Of a stretch of 24,000 bases of DNA, positions 1 through 8,882 are shown piece by piece. The translations under genes and the position numbers were made by a program. How positions within the stretch are numbered: the first letter of the stretch is position 1; each line of letters begins with the position of its first letter. The stretch comes from Pantoea phage Phynn, in the sequence record MN038175.1, one strand, 5' to 3'. The notes under the pieces are model-generated. The model saw nothing but the letters and a program-made list of their open reading frames with translations. It was not told the DNA's origin and searched no databases.

Positions 1-2
1 CG

Positions 3-1253
3 ATCACTCCGGCAACGATGAACTATCTGAATGGTAATGATCCTTCGTGGGGTGCTACAACTCAGCGCCGTGGTGCAACATTTATCACGACTCAGAGCAA
101 CACGTTTATCGGTAACTCTACTGTTGGTTCAACTCAACCAGTAGATCAGTATCTGGAAGACTTCTATTCGGTATCCCCTCGCGGTCTGAATTTTGCTCTG
201 CAGAATTTCTTACCTCTGAAGGCAACCGCAGTCAACTCGGACAAACTGGGTAATGTAGTTGCTGATTCATGGATGCGTCGTGATGCGGATCAGACAGTTT
301 CTGGTGCAAACACTTACACCAAGTTGCAGACAATGACTGGTCGTATTGCGGTAACGGGTGGTGGTGCAGTAGAAAGCACAATTGATCGTCTTCGTATCGT
401 TAACCAGAAATCAGGAAGCGCTGCTTTCATCGTGGGTACTGACGGGGTAGCAGGAGCAAGCTCAATCGCTCTGAATGCCGGTACAGGTACATCATCAGTT
501 GCTAAAAACAACTGGGAAATCATTGCTTCTGGTGGTACGGGTAGCCGTATCGGTGCAACTGAAATGTCTTTGACTACTGGAACGATGGATACTCTGATCG
601 CGACCAGTTCAGGTGATATTCGTGTTGCGCGTGATGCTACAGTAGCTCGTAACCTCATGGTAGGTGGTAAAGTTGTTGTTTCTGGTCTGGATGCGATTTA
701 TGCGAATAACACCGCGTTTACTTTTGGCAACAGCCAGCGCGATTCTCAGATCTTGACAACTTCGGCTTCTGGCTGGGATGGTCTGACCGTTTCTAATGAT
801 GCGGGTACTACCACTGCAGTAGTTATGAACGAAAGGAACTACAACCGCTTTGTTGACGTTACTCACGTTAAGAAAGCCGGTGATAGTATGACCGGTGCGT
901 TTGCGGTTCTGATGATCGGCAACGCCGTGCGTCTGGCAGCTAACGGAACCTCTGGATTTATCCAGGCTGGTAGCCCTACAGACCCAAGTAAACAGAGTAT
1001 GCAGTTAACCGGACAAGGTAACCTTAACCTGACAGAGTTTAACGTGAAAATCGCTAACTATGCACAGGCTAAGATCAACGGATTCCCTATCTATCATGAA
1101 GGAAACCGACCAACCCCCGCAGATATTGGTGCTGTTGCTCTTTCTGGTTCTGTTGTTGATGAACTGACTGTCCGCAACTCAATCAAGATTGGTAACGTTC
1201 GAATCACTGCAAACCCTGATACCAAAACATGTGAATTTACCTGGGAGCCGTAA
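3..1253 (+). CDS. Tail fibre protein, C-terminal part; ORF is open at the window edge so the 5' end is probably missing
   Basis: In-frame codons ATC ACT CCG GCA ACG precede the M at 18 with no stop. Fibre-like motifs KKAGDSMTGAF, YHEGNRPTPADIGAVALSG; Gly/Thr/Ser-rich beta-type composition. Confidence 0.8.
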   Translation: MTPATMNYLNGNDPSWGATTQRRGATFITTQSNTFIGNSTVGSTQPVDQYLEDFYSVSPRGLNFALQNFLPLKATAVNSDKLGNVVADSWMRRDADQTVSGANTYTKLQTMTGRIAVTGGGAVESTIDRLRIVNQKSGSAAFIVGTDGVAGASSIALNAGTGTSSVAKNNWEIIASGGTGSRIGATEMSLTTGTMDTLIATSSGDIRVARDATVARNLMVGGKVVVSGLDAIYANNTAFTFGNSQRDSQILTTSASGWDGLTVSNDAGTTTAVVMNERNYNRFVDVTHVKKAGDSMTGAFAVLMIGNAVRLAANGTSGFIQAGSPTDPSKQSMQLTGQGNLNLTEFNVKIANYAQAKINGFPIYHEGNRPTPADIGAVALSGSVVDELTVRNSIKIGNVRITANPDTKTCEFTWEP

Positions 1254-1256
1254 GAA

Positions 1257-2846
1257 ATGCCAAACAACGAATTTATGGCGTTGTTTGGCTCTAAGTCTGT
1301 AATTACCTCTAACCTGTCAGAAAATGACTCGGTAAAGTATAAGCTGGTTGTGCGGGGGTCTAATGGAGACTCCCGCATTAACGAAGTTGAGGTCACATTA
1401 AATGATGCTGACCTTATAGACAGAGCCAAACAGAGATCTACCGGGTTTAACCTTGCGGTTATTAACTCGGATACAATGACGTTTGTTGAGTGGAAGTCTT
1501 TCGACGTATATAATCCCCTGCTCAATGACCGACAAGCTTTTATTGACTATGTTAAGTCATTACCAACAAACAGGATCGTTGCGATATACACATACGGTCG
1601 AATTTCTTCCAGTTCTACTCTGGATGATTTTATTACCGGATATATGGGGTCTCTCGCATGGCCCGGTTACAAATGGTTTGACAGACCAGTACGCACTACC
1701 CCGGATAGTAATCCTGTGTGTTCTTCTTATTCGGCAATATTCAATGCTAAAATGAGAAAGATCACAACAGAAAACTTTGTAGGTAATATCGGTGCTTCGT
1801 TGCTGGAAGACTCCCGATCATTTTGTGAATGTGTATTCGACACGATAGACGATGTTGGTGCTACCGGCATCCCTCAACGTATTGTTGACGATTTAACAGA
1901 AAGGACTGGTAACGGGTCTGCCTATACCGTGTATACATGGCCTGTTTCCCCTAAAGTGGGTACAGACGTGTTTGTTGGCGATATTATGCGCCTGACCGGG
2001 GATCTTTATCAGGATCAGACTCTGACTGATCTATCTGGTTATGCTATCGTAAGCGTATCTGCTTTGAATTCATCCGGGACTACTATAGCAGAAACCCGAA
2101 TAGATTCCCGTGGTGCGGTGAATAAATTCACGTCAAAGGAAGAGTATTTTACTGTCCCTGATAATGCAGATCGTATTGTGGTTAACCAGTATCATTTCCC
2201 AAGTACCGCAAAGAGCGGTGTTTCTAAAGCACGCAATGTTATTCTGACTAAGGTTTCCCGAACGTCGAAAACAACAGGAACTGCTGCTATCGGTGTTAAC
2301 GGTATTCGTATCGACGTTGCACGCGAAAGGGATTCATCCGGAAATGACAACCCGCTAACGGGTCTGCTCAAACTTCCGGTTGCAAACAAAGGCGTTTCTT
2401 CAAGCAAAGATATTCGCTCCGGTAATTTCGGAGAACTTGAAACTTTTATTGATGATCCGGCTACGTATGATTCCGGCACTGCTGCTCTTACGTATCAGTT
2501 TAAATCGTTTGTTGCTCAGGATGTGATGTTGTCTTCTCTGAATCTTAAACCGGGAGATACTCTTACACTCAGTGCGGAAATGTCTCGCGATTCAGCAGCA
2601 CTATCAGGCGGAAAATATGCTTATCTGGTAGCTCGTTTTGCTCAGGGAGATACTTACCTGTCTGATGACGGTCCGATAGGTCAGACGACAATACCGGGAG
2701 TGTTTGGATTCTTCAAAAAAGATGTGATTATTCCTGCAGGTGCAGATCGTATGCGTATGTACGTTGTACGCGGTCCTAATGGTCTTAATAACCCAGGGGC
2801 AGTAACTATCCGCAACGTTAAGTATCGGGTTAAAAGAGGGGCGTAA
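1257..2846 (+). CDS. Tail-fibre-associated protein, possible T4 gp35-like hinge/connector with an ILEI/FAM3-like domain
   Basis: Sits between fibre genes. Segment STGFNLAVINSDTMTFVEWKSFDVYNPLLNDRQAFIDYVKSLPTNRIVAIYTYG resembles the ILEI/FAM3 domain pattern; C-terminal part resembles a jelly-roll/carbohydrate-binding domain. Start preceded by GGAG. Confidence 0.5.
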   Translation: MPNNEFMALFGSKSVITSNLSENDSVKYKLVVRGSNGDSRINEVEVTLNDADLIDRAKQRSTGFNLAVINSDTMTFVEWKSFDVYNPLLNDRQAFIDYVKSLPTNRIVAIYTYGRISSSSTLDDFITGYMGSLAWPGYKWFDRPVRTTPDSNPVCSSYSAIFNAKMRKITTENFVGNIGASLLEDSRSFCECVFDTIDDVGATGIPQRIVDDLTERTGNGSAYTVYTWPVSPKVGTDVFVGDIMRLTGDLYQDQTLTDLSGYAIVSVSALNSSGTTIAETRIDSRGAVNKFTSKEEYFTVPDNADRIVVNQYHFPSTAKSGVSKARNVILTKVSRTSKTTGTAAIGVNGIRIDVARERDSSGNDNPLTGLLKLPVANKGVSSSKDIRSGNFGELETFIDDPATYDSGTAALTYQFKSFVAQDVMLSSLNLKPGDTLTLSAEMSRDSAALSGGKYAYLVARFAQGDTYLSDDGPIGQTTIPGVFGFFKKDVIIPAGADRMRMYVVRGPNGLNNPGAVTIRNVKYRVKRGA

Positions 2847-2856
2847 TGCCCCTTTA
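2837..2856 (+). terminator. Hairpin AGGGGC-GTAAT-GCCCCT followed by TTA; overlaps the stop codon of the upstream ORF
   Basis: 6-bp perfect GC-rich inverted repeat, short U tract; the TAA stop (2844-2846) is in the loop. Confidence 0.55.
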
Positions 2857-2857
2857 T

Positions 2858-2865
2858 CATAAATA
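2858..2865 (+). promoter_or_regulatory. Candidate T4-type late promoter CATAAATA
   Basis: One mismatch to TATAAATA; directly after a terminator and upstream of a fibre gene; same octamer in the same context at 5157. Confidence 0.5.
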
Positions 2866-2889
2866 AAGCCATAACAGGAGATCAATAAT

Positions 2890-5130
2890 ATGGCTGACTT
2901 AAAGACGGGAACAACCGTCGGCGGGGCTGGTATCTGGCACAGTTCCAACTTGCCTATACTCCCAGCCGGAAACACAATTACCTATCGTGGCTGGAAGATT
3001 TACACAGAAAACGACATGCCCTTACCCGAAGAAATCGGTGCTCTTTCTCTTCAGAAAGGTGGTCAGGTAATCGGAAATACAGTATTTTCGAGAGATGTTG
3101 CAATTTCTGGAACAACTACACTAAACGAAGTGGTTACCAGATTACGCAATACGCTGATCCGTGACGACGGTAGTGAAGCAAACAGTGTATATATCCGCGC
3201 TGAAGTAAAAGACAAAACCTCCGGCGGTCCTACTGAACAGACTGCACTGGGAACGATTCTTTTTAAGAATGGTTCGAATACTTCAGACTACCGAGCAGGA
3301 AGTACTTTATCCCAGATTAGTTCTTACTGGAAAACGACCGGCAACGGTCTGCTTACACTGGAAGCTAAAAAATCTGGTGGTGCTGCTGGTACTCAACTCT
3401 CCATTGATTCAGATCTGAATCAGGTTGTTATTACTCGCGGAGATTTGAAAGTTGGAACCGGTTTTATTACTAATATTAATAGTTCTCAGATTGACGTTTT
3501 CGGTCCTCTGACTGCAACCAGTGTAACGCCAAACAGTTATCTTAATTTTGATGCCCGATACATGAGCGGGATATTAAAGGATATTCCGAGTTCAGTTACA
3601 TTACTCTCTGATCGCTATGTTACTGAAAAGAACGATGTATGGACAGTTTCGTATTCATATACAGACAGCCCGATTTCAACATCTTCGACCGTTATCACAG
3701 GAACCCTGGTAAACTATCGCAGGAATAGCTCTACTGGTCCGGCAGTAACACAGACCTTGTTTATGGAAGGCGTGACCTATGTTCGCACCGGTTCCGGTTC
3801 TCCAGGTTCATGGAAATGGCAGGGTGGAGACGTTAACGGATGGCGCAAGGTTTACGACTCAAGCAACCTGACACCGGCAGATATCGGAGCGTTACCCCTT
3901 ACAGGTGGTGTTCTGACCAACCAGCTAAGTACTGCGGCGACTAACTTTGTTACTTCTTATCGCCTTGCTCTCGCAGGCCCGAATAAGTCAGTTTTTCAGA
4001 GGTTCGATGGTAGTAGCTGGTATTTCATGATATCAGACAGCACGACAGGAACATTTAACGATCTTCGTCCGTTCTTTATCAATACAGACACCGGTCATGT
4101 TACTATGAATAACGGGGTCAATGTTCGGGGCGGTCTGAGTGTCGATGATGGCGATCTTGTTGCAGTAGGAAAACTAGAGACCCAAGAGATTTTTGTTCTC
4201 AGAAAAAACCAACAAGAAGCATCTTCGTATATTCAGTTTTACGACACCGCCAGTGATTCAAGGGCTGGTTATGTTGGATTCGGTTCTCGTTTAACCGACA
4301 GCAATAAGCTTGTTTTGTATAATGACGTAAGCGACAATAACACTGCGGGCATATATACAAACGCGGGTTATGCAACCTATACCCGTACCGGTTCAGGTTC
4401 TTACGCAAGTCAGTATGATGTTGAAGCGCCTTTTTATCATAATTATGCTTCTGCATCTAACTCAGAATGGAACCCGGCTTTAAAGCAGAGATATTACTCT
4501 ACTACGTATCCTTACTCAGGTGCATGGAGTCTGGGAACTCTGGTAAGTGGAACCGGAAGCCCTCCGAGAATATCACTATACAACCGAAACAGCGGTGGTA
4601 CTGATTTTTCTTGGGTATTCTACCCACAAAACGGGAACTTTGAATCTACCGGTAGTATTATAACCAAAGGAGAATTTCTTAATACCAGTGGTATGCGACT
4701 TGCTCAGGACGGCAACATATACGGATCCCGCTGGGGAACTAACTGGTTGTATAACTACCTGGTGAACACGTATCAGACTAAGGCTGCGTCAGATCGTGAT
4801 ATTAAAGAAGATATCACTTACAACGATGGTCTGCAGTCATATGAAAACATCCTGAAGATTAAACCGTCAACGTTTATCTATAAGGATGATGAACAGAAAA
4901 GAGTACGTCGAGGCGTCATCGCTCAGGATATGCAGGATATAGACCCGGAGTATGTAAACCTGATTGAGGGTAACCCAATCGTAGACGAAGATCAGGAAGT
5001 GATTGGTAAAGAGCCGGACTATCTGGCACTGGATACAAACCCAATTCTTCTGGACACTGCTCTTGCTGTTAAATATATGGCTGGTTTGATCGAAGAACTT
5101 CGCAAGGAAATCAGAGAACTGAAGAAATAA
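2890..5130 (+). CDS. Tail fibre protein with C-terminal intramolecular chaperone (peptidase S74)
   Basis: GGAG ribosome-binding site. N-term MADLKTGTTVGGAGIWHSSNLPILPAGNTITYRGWKIYTENDMP; C-term SDRDIKEDITYNDGLQSYENILKIKPSTFIYK...GVIAQDMQDIDPEYV...ALDTNPILLDTALAVKYMAGLIEELRKEIRELKK. Confidence 0.9.
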   Translation: MADLKTGTTVGGAGIWHSSNLPILPAGNTITYRGWKIYTENDMPLPEEIGALSLQKGGQVIGNTVFSRDVAISGTTTLNEVVTRLRNTLIRDDGSEANSVYIRAEVKDKTSGGPTEQTALGTILFKNGSNTSDYRAGSTLSQISSYWKTTGNGLLTLEAKKSGGAAGTQLSIDSDLNQVVITRGDLKVGTGFITNINSSQIDVFGPLTATSVTPNSYLNFDARYMSGILKDIPSSVTLLSDRYVTEKNDVWTVSYSYTDSPISTSSTVITGTLVNYRRNSSTGPAVTQTLFMEGVTYVRTGSGSPGSWKWQGGDVNGWRKVYDSSNLTPADIGALPLTGGVLTNQLSTAATNFVTSYRLALAGPNKSVFQRFDGSSWYFMISDSTTGTFNDLRPFFINTDTGHVTMNNGVNVRGGLSVDDGDLVAVGKLETQEIFVLRKNQQEASSYIQFYDTASDSRAGYVGFGSRLTDSNKLVLYNDVSDNNTAGIYTNAGYATYTRTGSGSYASQYDVEAPFYHNYASASNSEWNPALKQRYYSTTYPYSGAWSLGTLVSGTGSPPRISLYNRNSGGTDFSWVFYPQNGNFESTGSIITKGEFLNTSGMRLAQDGNIYGSRWGTNWLYNYLVNTYQTKAASDRDIKEDITYNDGLQSYENILKIKPSTFIYKDDEQKRVRRGVIAQDMQDIDPEYVNLIEGNPIVDEDQEVIGKEPDYLALDTNPILLDTALAVKYMAGLIEELRKEIRELKK

Positions 5131-5156
5131 CAAAAGCCCCTTCATTGGGGCTTTTT
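5131..5156 (+). terminator. Rho-independent terminator AAAAGCCCC-TTCATT-GGGGCTTTTT
   Basis: Strong GC stem plus U run immediately after the stop codon. Confidence 0.85.
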
Positions 5157-5164
5157 CATAAATA
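5157..5164 (+). promoter_or_regulatory. Candidate T4-type late promoter CATAAATA
   Basis: Same octamer and context as 2858-2865, upstream of the next fibre gene. Confidence 0.5.
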
Positions 5165-5193
5165 AAGGAAACTAACGCCTTGAGGATCAAATA

Positions 5194-7386
5194 ATGGCAG
5201 ATTTAAAAAGCGGAACTACGATAGGCGGTAATACGGTCTTTACTCAAGGCAATTTACCAATCATCCCAGCCGGTAATATGGTTACCTATCGGGGCTGGCG
5301 CATCTATACCGAAGCAGACAAACCAAATAACTCTGATGTTGGTCTGGGTAACGTAACGAATGACGCGCAGGTCAAAAAATCAGGTGATACCGTAAACGGC
5401 AATCTGGGTGTTGATAAAGAATTGTCTGTTGGTTATCGTCTCAATCTGGTTAGAAAAGAAGCCGGTTTCTCTCCTTATGTTGTATCGGCACGCAGTGACA
5501 CAATACCCAAAGCAGACGGAAGCAACATCCCTTCTTCTGACCGGGAAAACTTCACCCTACACACCAAACTAACCTCCAGTGACGGAAACCCGCTAAACGG
5601 GGCTTCTCTGGCCTCCTACGGGGTTTATGAGAAAGGTAGTAGTGGTGGCGGTCTGATACGTTTGCGTGCAAATCAGGCGTCTTCTGTCGCGTCTGACGGT
5701 ACTCTGAAACAGGGTGCGGTGGGAGCAGAGATTGTTTTTGATGCGGACGGCAATACAGTAACAGTTTCTGCTGGTTCTCTGAACGCATCAGCAGTGAACG
5801 TATCTTCTCTGACAAGTAGCGGAGCAGCTACGTTTAACGGCATTACCAGATTCACCAACGCAGACGGAATCAACCTGACAGCAAAAGACAGCGGTATTGA
5901 TATTGGTTCCCAGACCGAAACCGGTGCGGCATATATCGATTTTCATACCACAGGTAAAGCGGCGGACTATGATTATCGTCTTATTGCCAACTGGAAAGGG
6001 GTTGCAATCGAAACCGGAGCTAACATTGCTTCTTACGATCTTTCGCTGTCGACAGTCCGTGATATCGTTCTGAACCCTACTACCGCGACCGGTATCAAGG
6101 GATATGGCGGCAATTACTTTATCCGGGATCATGCTAACGGAAATACCTCTATTTCTGCAAGTCTTAAAGCAGACGGAACCGGTGGAGATCTGTTCCTGGG
6201 ATACAGTTCAGGTGGGATCTATAACACCGGCACAGTTCGGCTAGAATCTCCAATGACTTTTAAAGGAACCACTCCTTTAGTGAACTCTTCCGGGAAACTG
6301 GTATCTACTTCTCTGGACGGCGGATCTGTAACCGCGACCGATATCAATGCTACTACTCTGAATGTTTCGGGTGCTGCTGATATTAAAGGCCGCGTCTATA
6401 TGGGTACAGATATCTATATTCGTAATGATTCAGGTTCTAATAAAGTTCTGTGGTTTACCGATAACGACGGTAACGAAGAGGGTGTAATTTATATTGATAG
6501 TTCTGGTGGCCTAAGTACCAGGAACAAGAATAACTATCAGAGACATATCACCGCTAATATGGTACTGGAAGCCAACTCATGGCCTTCCAAATACGGTACT
6601 GGCTATGTTCAGCAGTGGAATACAGTAGCACCGTTCCAGGTTAACTTTGGTTCTGTTAATGGGGGATCCAGTTACTATCCTATTGTGCGCGGTCTTTCCA
6701 GTTCAAATGGATATGGATATGTGACCCGCGTAGAGTTGGGTATGCTGCGTAGCGGAAATGGCGCGTGGGGTAAAGGTCATATTATTGTTGGTGCGTCGGA
6801 ATCCAGTCAGACAGATAACTACGCTATCTATTCTTTCGATATCGACGGCAACTTTAATGCTCCGGGACAAATTACCTCAAGCGGAAATCTTGTTTCTGGT
6901 GGTGTCGTTATGGCTGGTACAGAACTCCAGAACCGAGGCGGCGCAAGAATAGCAGCAGATGGCAACCTGTATGGGTCCAAATGGGGAGCAGGGTCAGCAA
7001 GCGACTGGATCGCTAACTGGATCACAAACAACTTTGCGGCAAGAAACAACACCGGGCAGGATATTACGCTTCGTAACGGTAGTTTTAACGATGTTTATAT
7101 TCGTTCTGACCGGGAACTGAAGCGCAATTTTGTTAAGATAGAAAATGCGACCGATAAAGTAGATAAATTAACCGGATATATCTACGAAAAAAGAAACAGT
7201 CTGGATTCACTGGAATACGATAAGATAGAAGCCGGTATTATTGCACAGGAACTGGAAGCAATTCTTCCTGAAGCAGTTACCGAGGTAAACGGAGTAAAAC
7301 ACGTTGCGCCGGGATCTATCATCGCTCTTCTGGTCAATGCAGTAAACGAACTCACAGCACGCGTACGCGAACTGCAACCAAAATAA
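5194..7386 (+). CDS. Tail fibre protein with C-terminal intramolecular chaperone (peptidase S74)
   Basis: GAGG ribosome-binding site. N-term MADLKSGTTIGGNTVFTQGNLPIIPAGNMVTYRGWRIYTEADKP, homologous to the upstream fibre; C-term SDRELKRNFVKIENATDKVDKLTGYIYEK...AGIIAQELEAILPEAV...IIALLVNAVNELTARVRELQPK. Confidence 0.9.
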   Translation: MADLKSGTTIGGNTVFTQGNLPIIPAGNMVTYRGWRIYTEADKPNNSDVGLGNVTNDAQVKKSGDTVNGNLGVDKELSVGYRLNLVRKEAGFSPYVVSARSDTIPKADGSNIPSSDRENFTLHTKLTSSDGNPLNGASLASYGVYEKGSSGGGLIRLRANQASSVASDGTLKQGAVGAEIVFDADGNTVTVSAGSLNASAVNVSSLTSSGAATFNGITRFTNADGINLTAKDSGIDIGSQTETGAAYIDFHTTGKAADYDYRLIANWKGVAIETGANIASYDLSLSTVRDIVLNPTTATGIKGYGGNYFIRDHANGNTSISASLKADGTGGDLFLGYSSGGIYNTGTVRLESPMTFKGTTPLVNSSGKLVSTSLDGGSVTATDINATTLNVSGAADIKGRVYMGTDIYIRNDSGSNKVLWFTDNDGNEEGVIYIDSSGGLSTRNKNNYQRHITANMVLEANSWPSKYGTGYVQQWNTVAPFQVNFGSVNGGSSYYPIVRGLSSSNGYGYVTRVELGMLRSGNGAWGKGHIIVGASESSQTDNYAIYSFDIDGNFNAPGQITSSGNLVSGGVVMAGTELQNRGGARIAADGNLYGSKWGAGSASDWIANWITNNFAARNNTGQDITLRNGSFNDVYIRSDRELKRNFVKIENATDKVDKLTGYIYEKRNSLDSLEYDKIEAGIIAQELEAILPEAVTEVNGVKHVAPGSIIALLVNAVNELTARVRELQPK

Positions 7387-7389
7387 AAT

Positions 7390-7408
7390 AAGGGGCTTTG
7401 TCCCCTTT
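7390..7408 (+). terminator. Weak hairpin AGGGG-CTTTGT-CCCCTTT after the fibre gene
   Basis: Short GC stem with a short U tract just after the stop codon. Confidence 0.45.
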
Positions 7409-7419
7409 GAGGATAATTA

Positions 7420-7908
7420 ATGACTATTAATAGCGGATGGGTCGGATCTTCCGCAGTTAACGAAACCGGGCAGCGATGGATGTCTTCTGCCGGATCTGTC
7501 GTCAGGATAGGAACACCGTTCTGGATGTCCAGACTCGTCGGGCAGTCCAAAGAAGACTTTAAACTTAACGTAGCCAAATCATCGCCAAGTACGAACATCA
7601 CGTATTATGGATATGGTGAAAAGGGTTATGCGACTACATCGGGAACATTCGGTAGCCTGTCCGGTGGTTTCCCTGGGTATACATGTCGAGGTCTATATGA
7701 CGCAAGCAACAGTAACGACGGGCTTATTCTTATCAATGGACCTAACCGGACATGGACACTTGAATTTACCGCGACAGGTTCGAGATTTGCTTTTGCATAC
7801 GACCGCGTAAACAGCGGGAATACGTACTACCGTTGCACGAACCCAGACGGCTTCCGGAATTACTTGTCGGCCCGAGTAGGTCAGAGCCTCGGAATCGCTG
7901 TTTTGTAA
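7420..7908 (+). CDS. Small structural protein, possible fibre-tip or receptor-binding accessory protein
   Basis: GAGG ribosome-binding site. Gly/Ser/Tyr-rich 162-aa protein directly downstream of the distal fibre gene, the position where T4-like phages carry gp38-type genes. No specific family recognised. Confidence 0.4.
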   Translation: MTINSGWVGSSAVNETGQRWMSSAGSVVRIGTPFWMSRLVGQSKEDFKLNVAKSSPSTNITYYGYGEKGYATTSGTFGSLSGGFPGYTCRGLYDASNSNDGLILINGPNRTWTLEFTATGSRFAFAYDRVNSGNTYYRCTNPDGFRNYLSARVGQSLGIAVL

Positions 7909-7961
7909 GCCAGACATTTCCTAAATATAGTGGGAAACGCCCGTGATTTGAGGAAATATAA

Positions 7962-8609
7962 ATGTCACTACTTCAGGATAAATTGGCGATACTGGACAAA
8001 ATAGCAGCTTTCGCTACCAGTATCAAAACATGGAAGCAGCTCTTTATCAAACTGCTTCTGATATTAACGTTTTTTGTTATGGCTGTGATTTGGTACAAAT
8101 GGGATGATGTATTTTCTGCATGGAAGCATGTTCCGACTACGGTTATCGATCTCCAGGCACTAGAGGCCGATAAAGCAAAAAAGTTTAATGCCGCAGCCGA
8201 TGAACAATTGAGTATCGTACACTCAATTACGGGTGCGGATTTTTCAGCAGTCTTTTCTTTCAGACCTAAAAACCAGAACTACTTTGTTGATGTCGTAGCA
8301 TGGAAGGGGAAACTTCCTTCTGTGCTCGACCCTTCAAATCTGGGTGGTTTCCCAATTGATAAAAGTTCCGAGGAGTATAATATTCAGATCAACGGTCTGT
8401 ACTATATCTCTTCAACAGCAAGCGCTTTTCTACCGACAAAAGAAGTTATACCGGTAGCTTACACTTTCAGTTGTCCTTACTTCAACCTGGAAAACTACTA
8501 TTCTGGATCTGTGCTAATGGAATGGTACAAGAGCAAGCCTAACCTCACCGATACGAGATTAACTATCGTGTGTAGTCAGGCTGCAAGGACTTTAGGAAGG
8601 ATTCGATGA
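7962..8609 (+). CDS. t: Holin, T4 gpt family
   Basis: Close resemblance to T4 holin T: EQLSIVHSITGADFSAVFSFRPKNQNYFVDVVAWKGKLPS, LGGFPIDKSSEEYNIQINGLYYIS, FAFLPTK-like and CPYFNLENYYSG segments, C-term CSQAARTLGRIR; N-terminal TM segment; GAGGAAAT ribosome-binding site. Confidence 0.95.
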   Translation: MSLLQDKLAILDKIAAFATSIKTWKQLFIKLLLILTFFVMAVIWYKWDDVFSAWKHVPTTVIDLQALEADKAKKFNAAADEQLSIVHSITGADFSAVFSFRPKNQNYFVDVVAWKGKLPSVLDPSNLGGFPIDKSSEEYNIQINGLYYISSTASAFLPTKEVIPVAYTFSCPYFNLENYYSGSVLMEWYKSKPNLTDTRLTIVCSQAARTLGRIR

Positions 8610-8882
8610 AAAATTCAGTTGCAATTTTCCACCAAAGACCCGTTTGAAAGCATTTTTAATGCCGGATAATGGGTCTTTTTTGTATATAACCCAGGGCGAC
8701 ATCTTTTCATATACCCCCGGAATAAAATCTTCGTATATCGTAAAATACTTTTTCATAGTAGCACGACGATAACCTAATCCTTCTTGATAATAAACAAAGA
8801 AGGGTTTTCCTTCCACCTTTCCGCCAGCCGTCGTTACCTTATGACCCGCTTTAGCTACTTCCATCGCTTCGTGAATGTTCAT
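8592..8882 (-). CDS. Hypothetical protein; weak resemblance at the N-terminus to DUF2829/Tad2-like proteins
   Basis: MNIHEAMEVAKAGHKVTT... ...KMSPWVIYKKD. Start chosen at the ATG overlapping the upstream stop (ATGA), preceded by AAGGTG. 18-nt tail-to-tail overlap with the holin ORF. Confidence 0.7.
   Translation of the reverse strand: MNIHEAMEVAKAGHKVTTAGGKVEGKPFFVYYQEGLGYRRATMKKYFTIYEDFIPGVYEKMSPWVIYKKDPLSGIKNAFKRVFGGKLQLNFSSNPS
8634..8681 (+). terminator. Candidate terminator of the late operon, located inside the antisense 3' end of the opposing gene
   Basis: AAAGACCC ... GGGTCTTTTTT outer arms (8634-8641/8671-8678) with an internal GCATT-TTT-AATGC hairpin (8650-8662) and a U run. Confidence 0.5.

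Noticed and set aside
2890-7386. Repeat-driven assembly duplication of fibre genes
   Set aside because: Only the N-terminal adaptor and the general C-terminal fold are shared; the middles and the nucleotide sequences differ clearly, consistent with real paralogs.
314-7601. Minus-strand ORFs opposite the fibre genes (for example 1094..1525, 6828..7052, 7182..7601)
   Set aside because: Antisense to repetitive, Gly/Thr/Ser-rich fibre genes; no start-site or family evidence.
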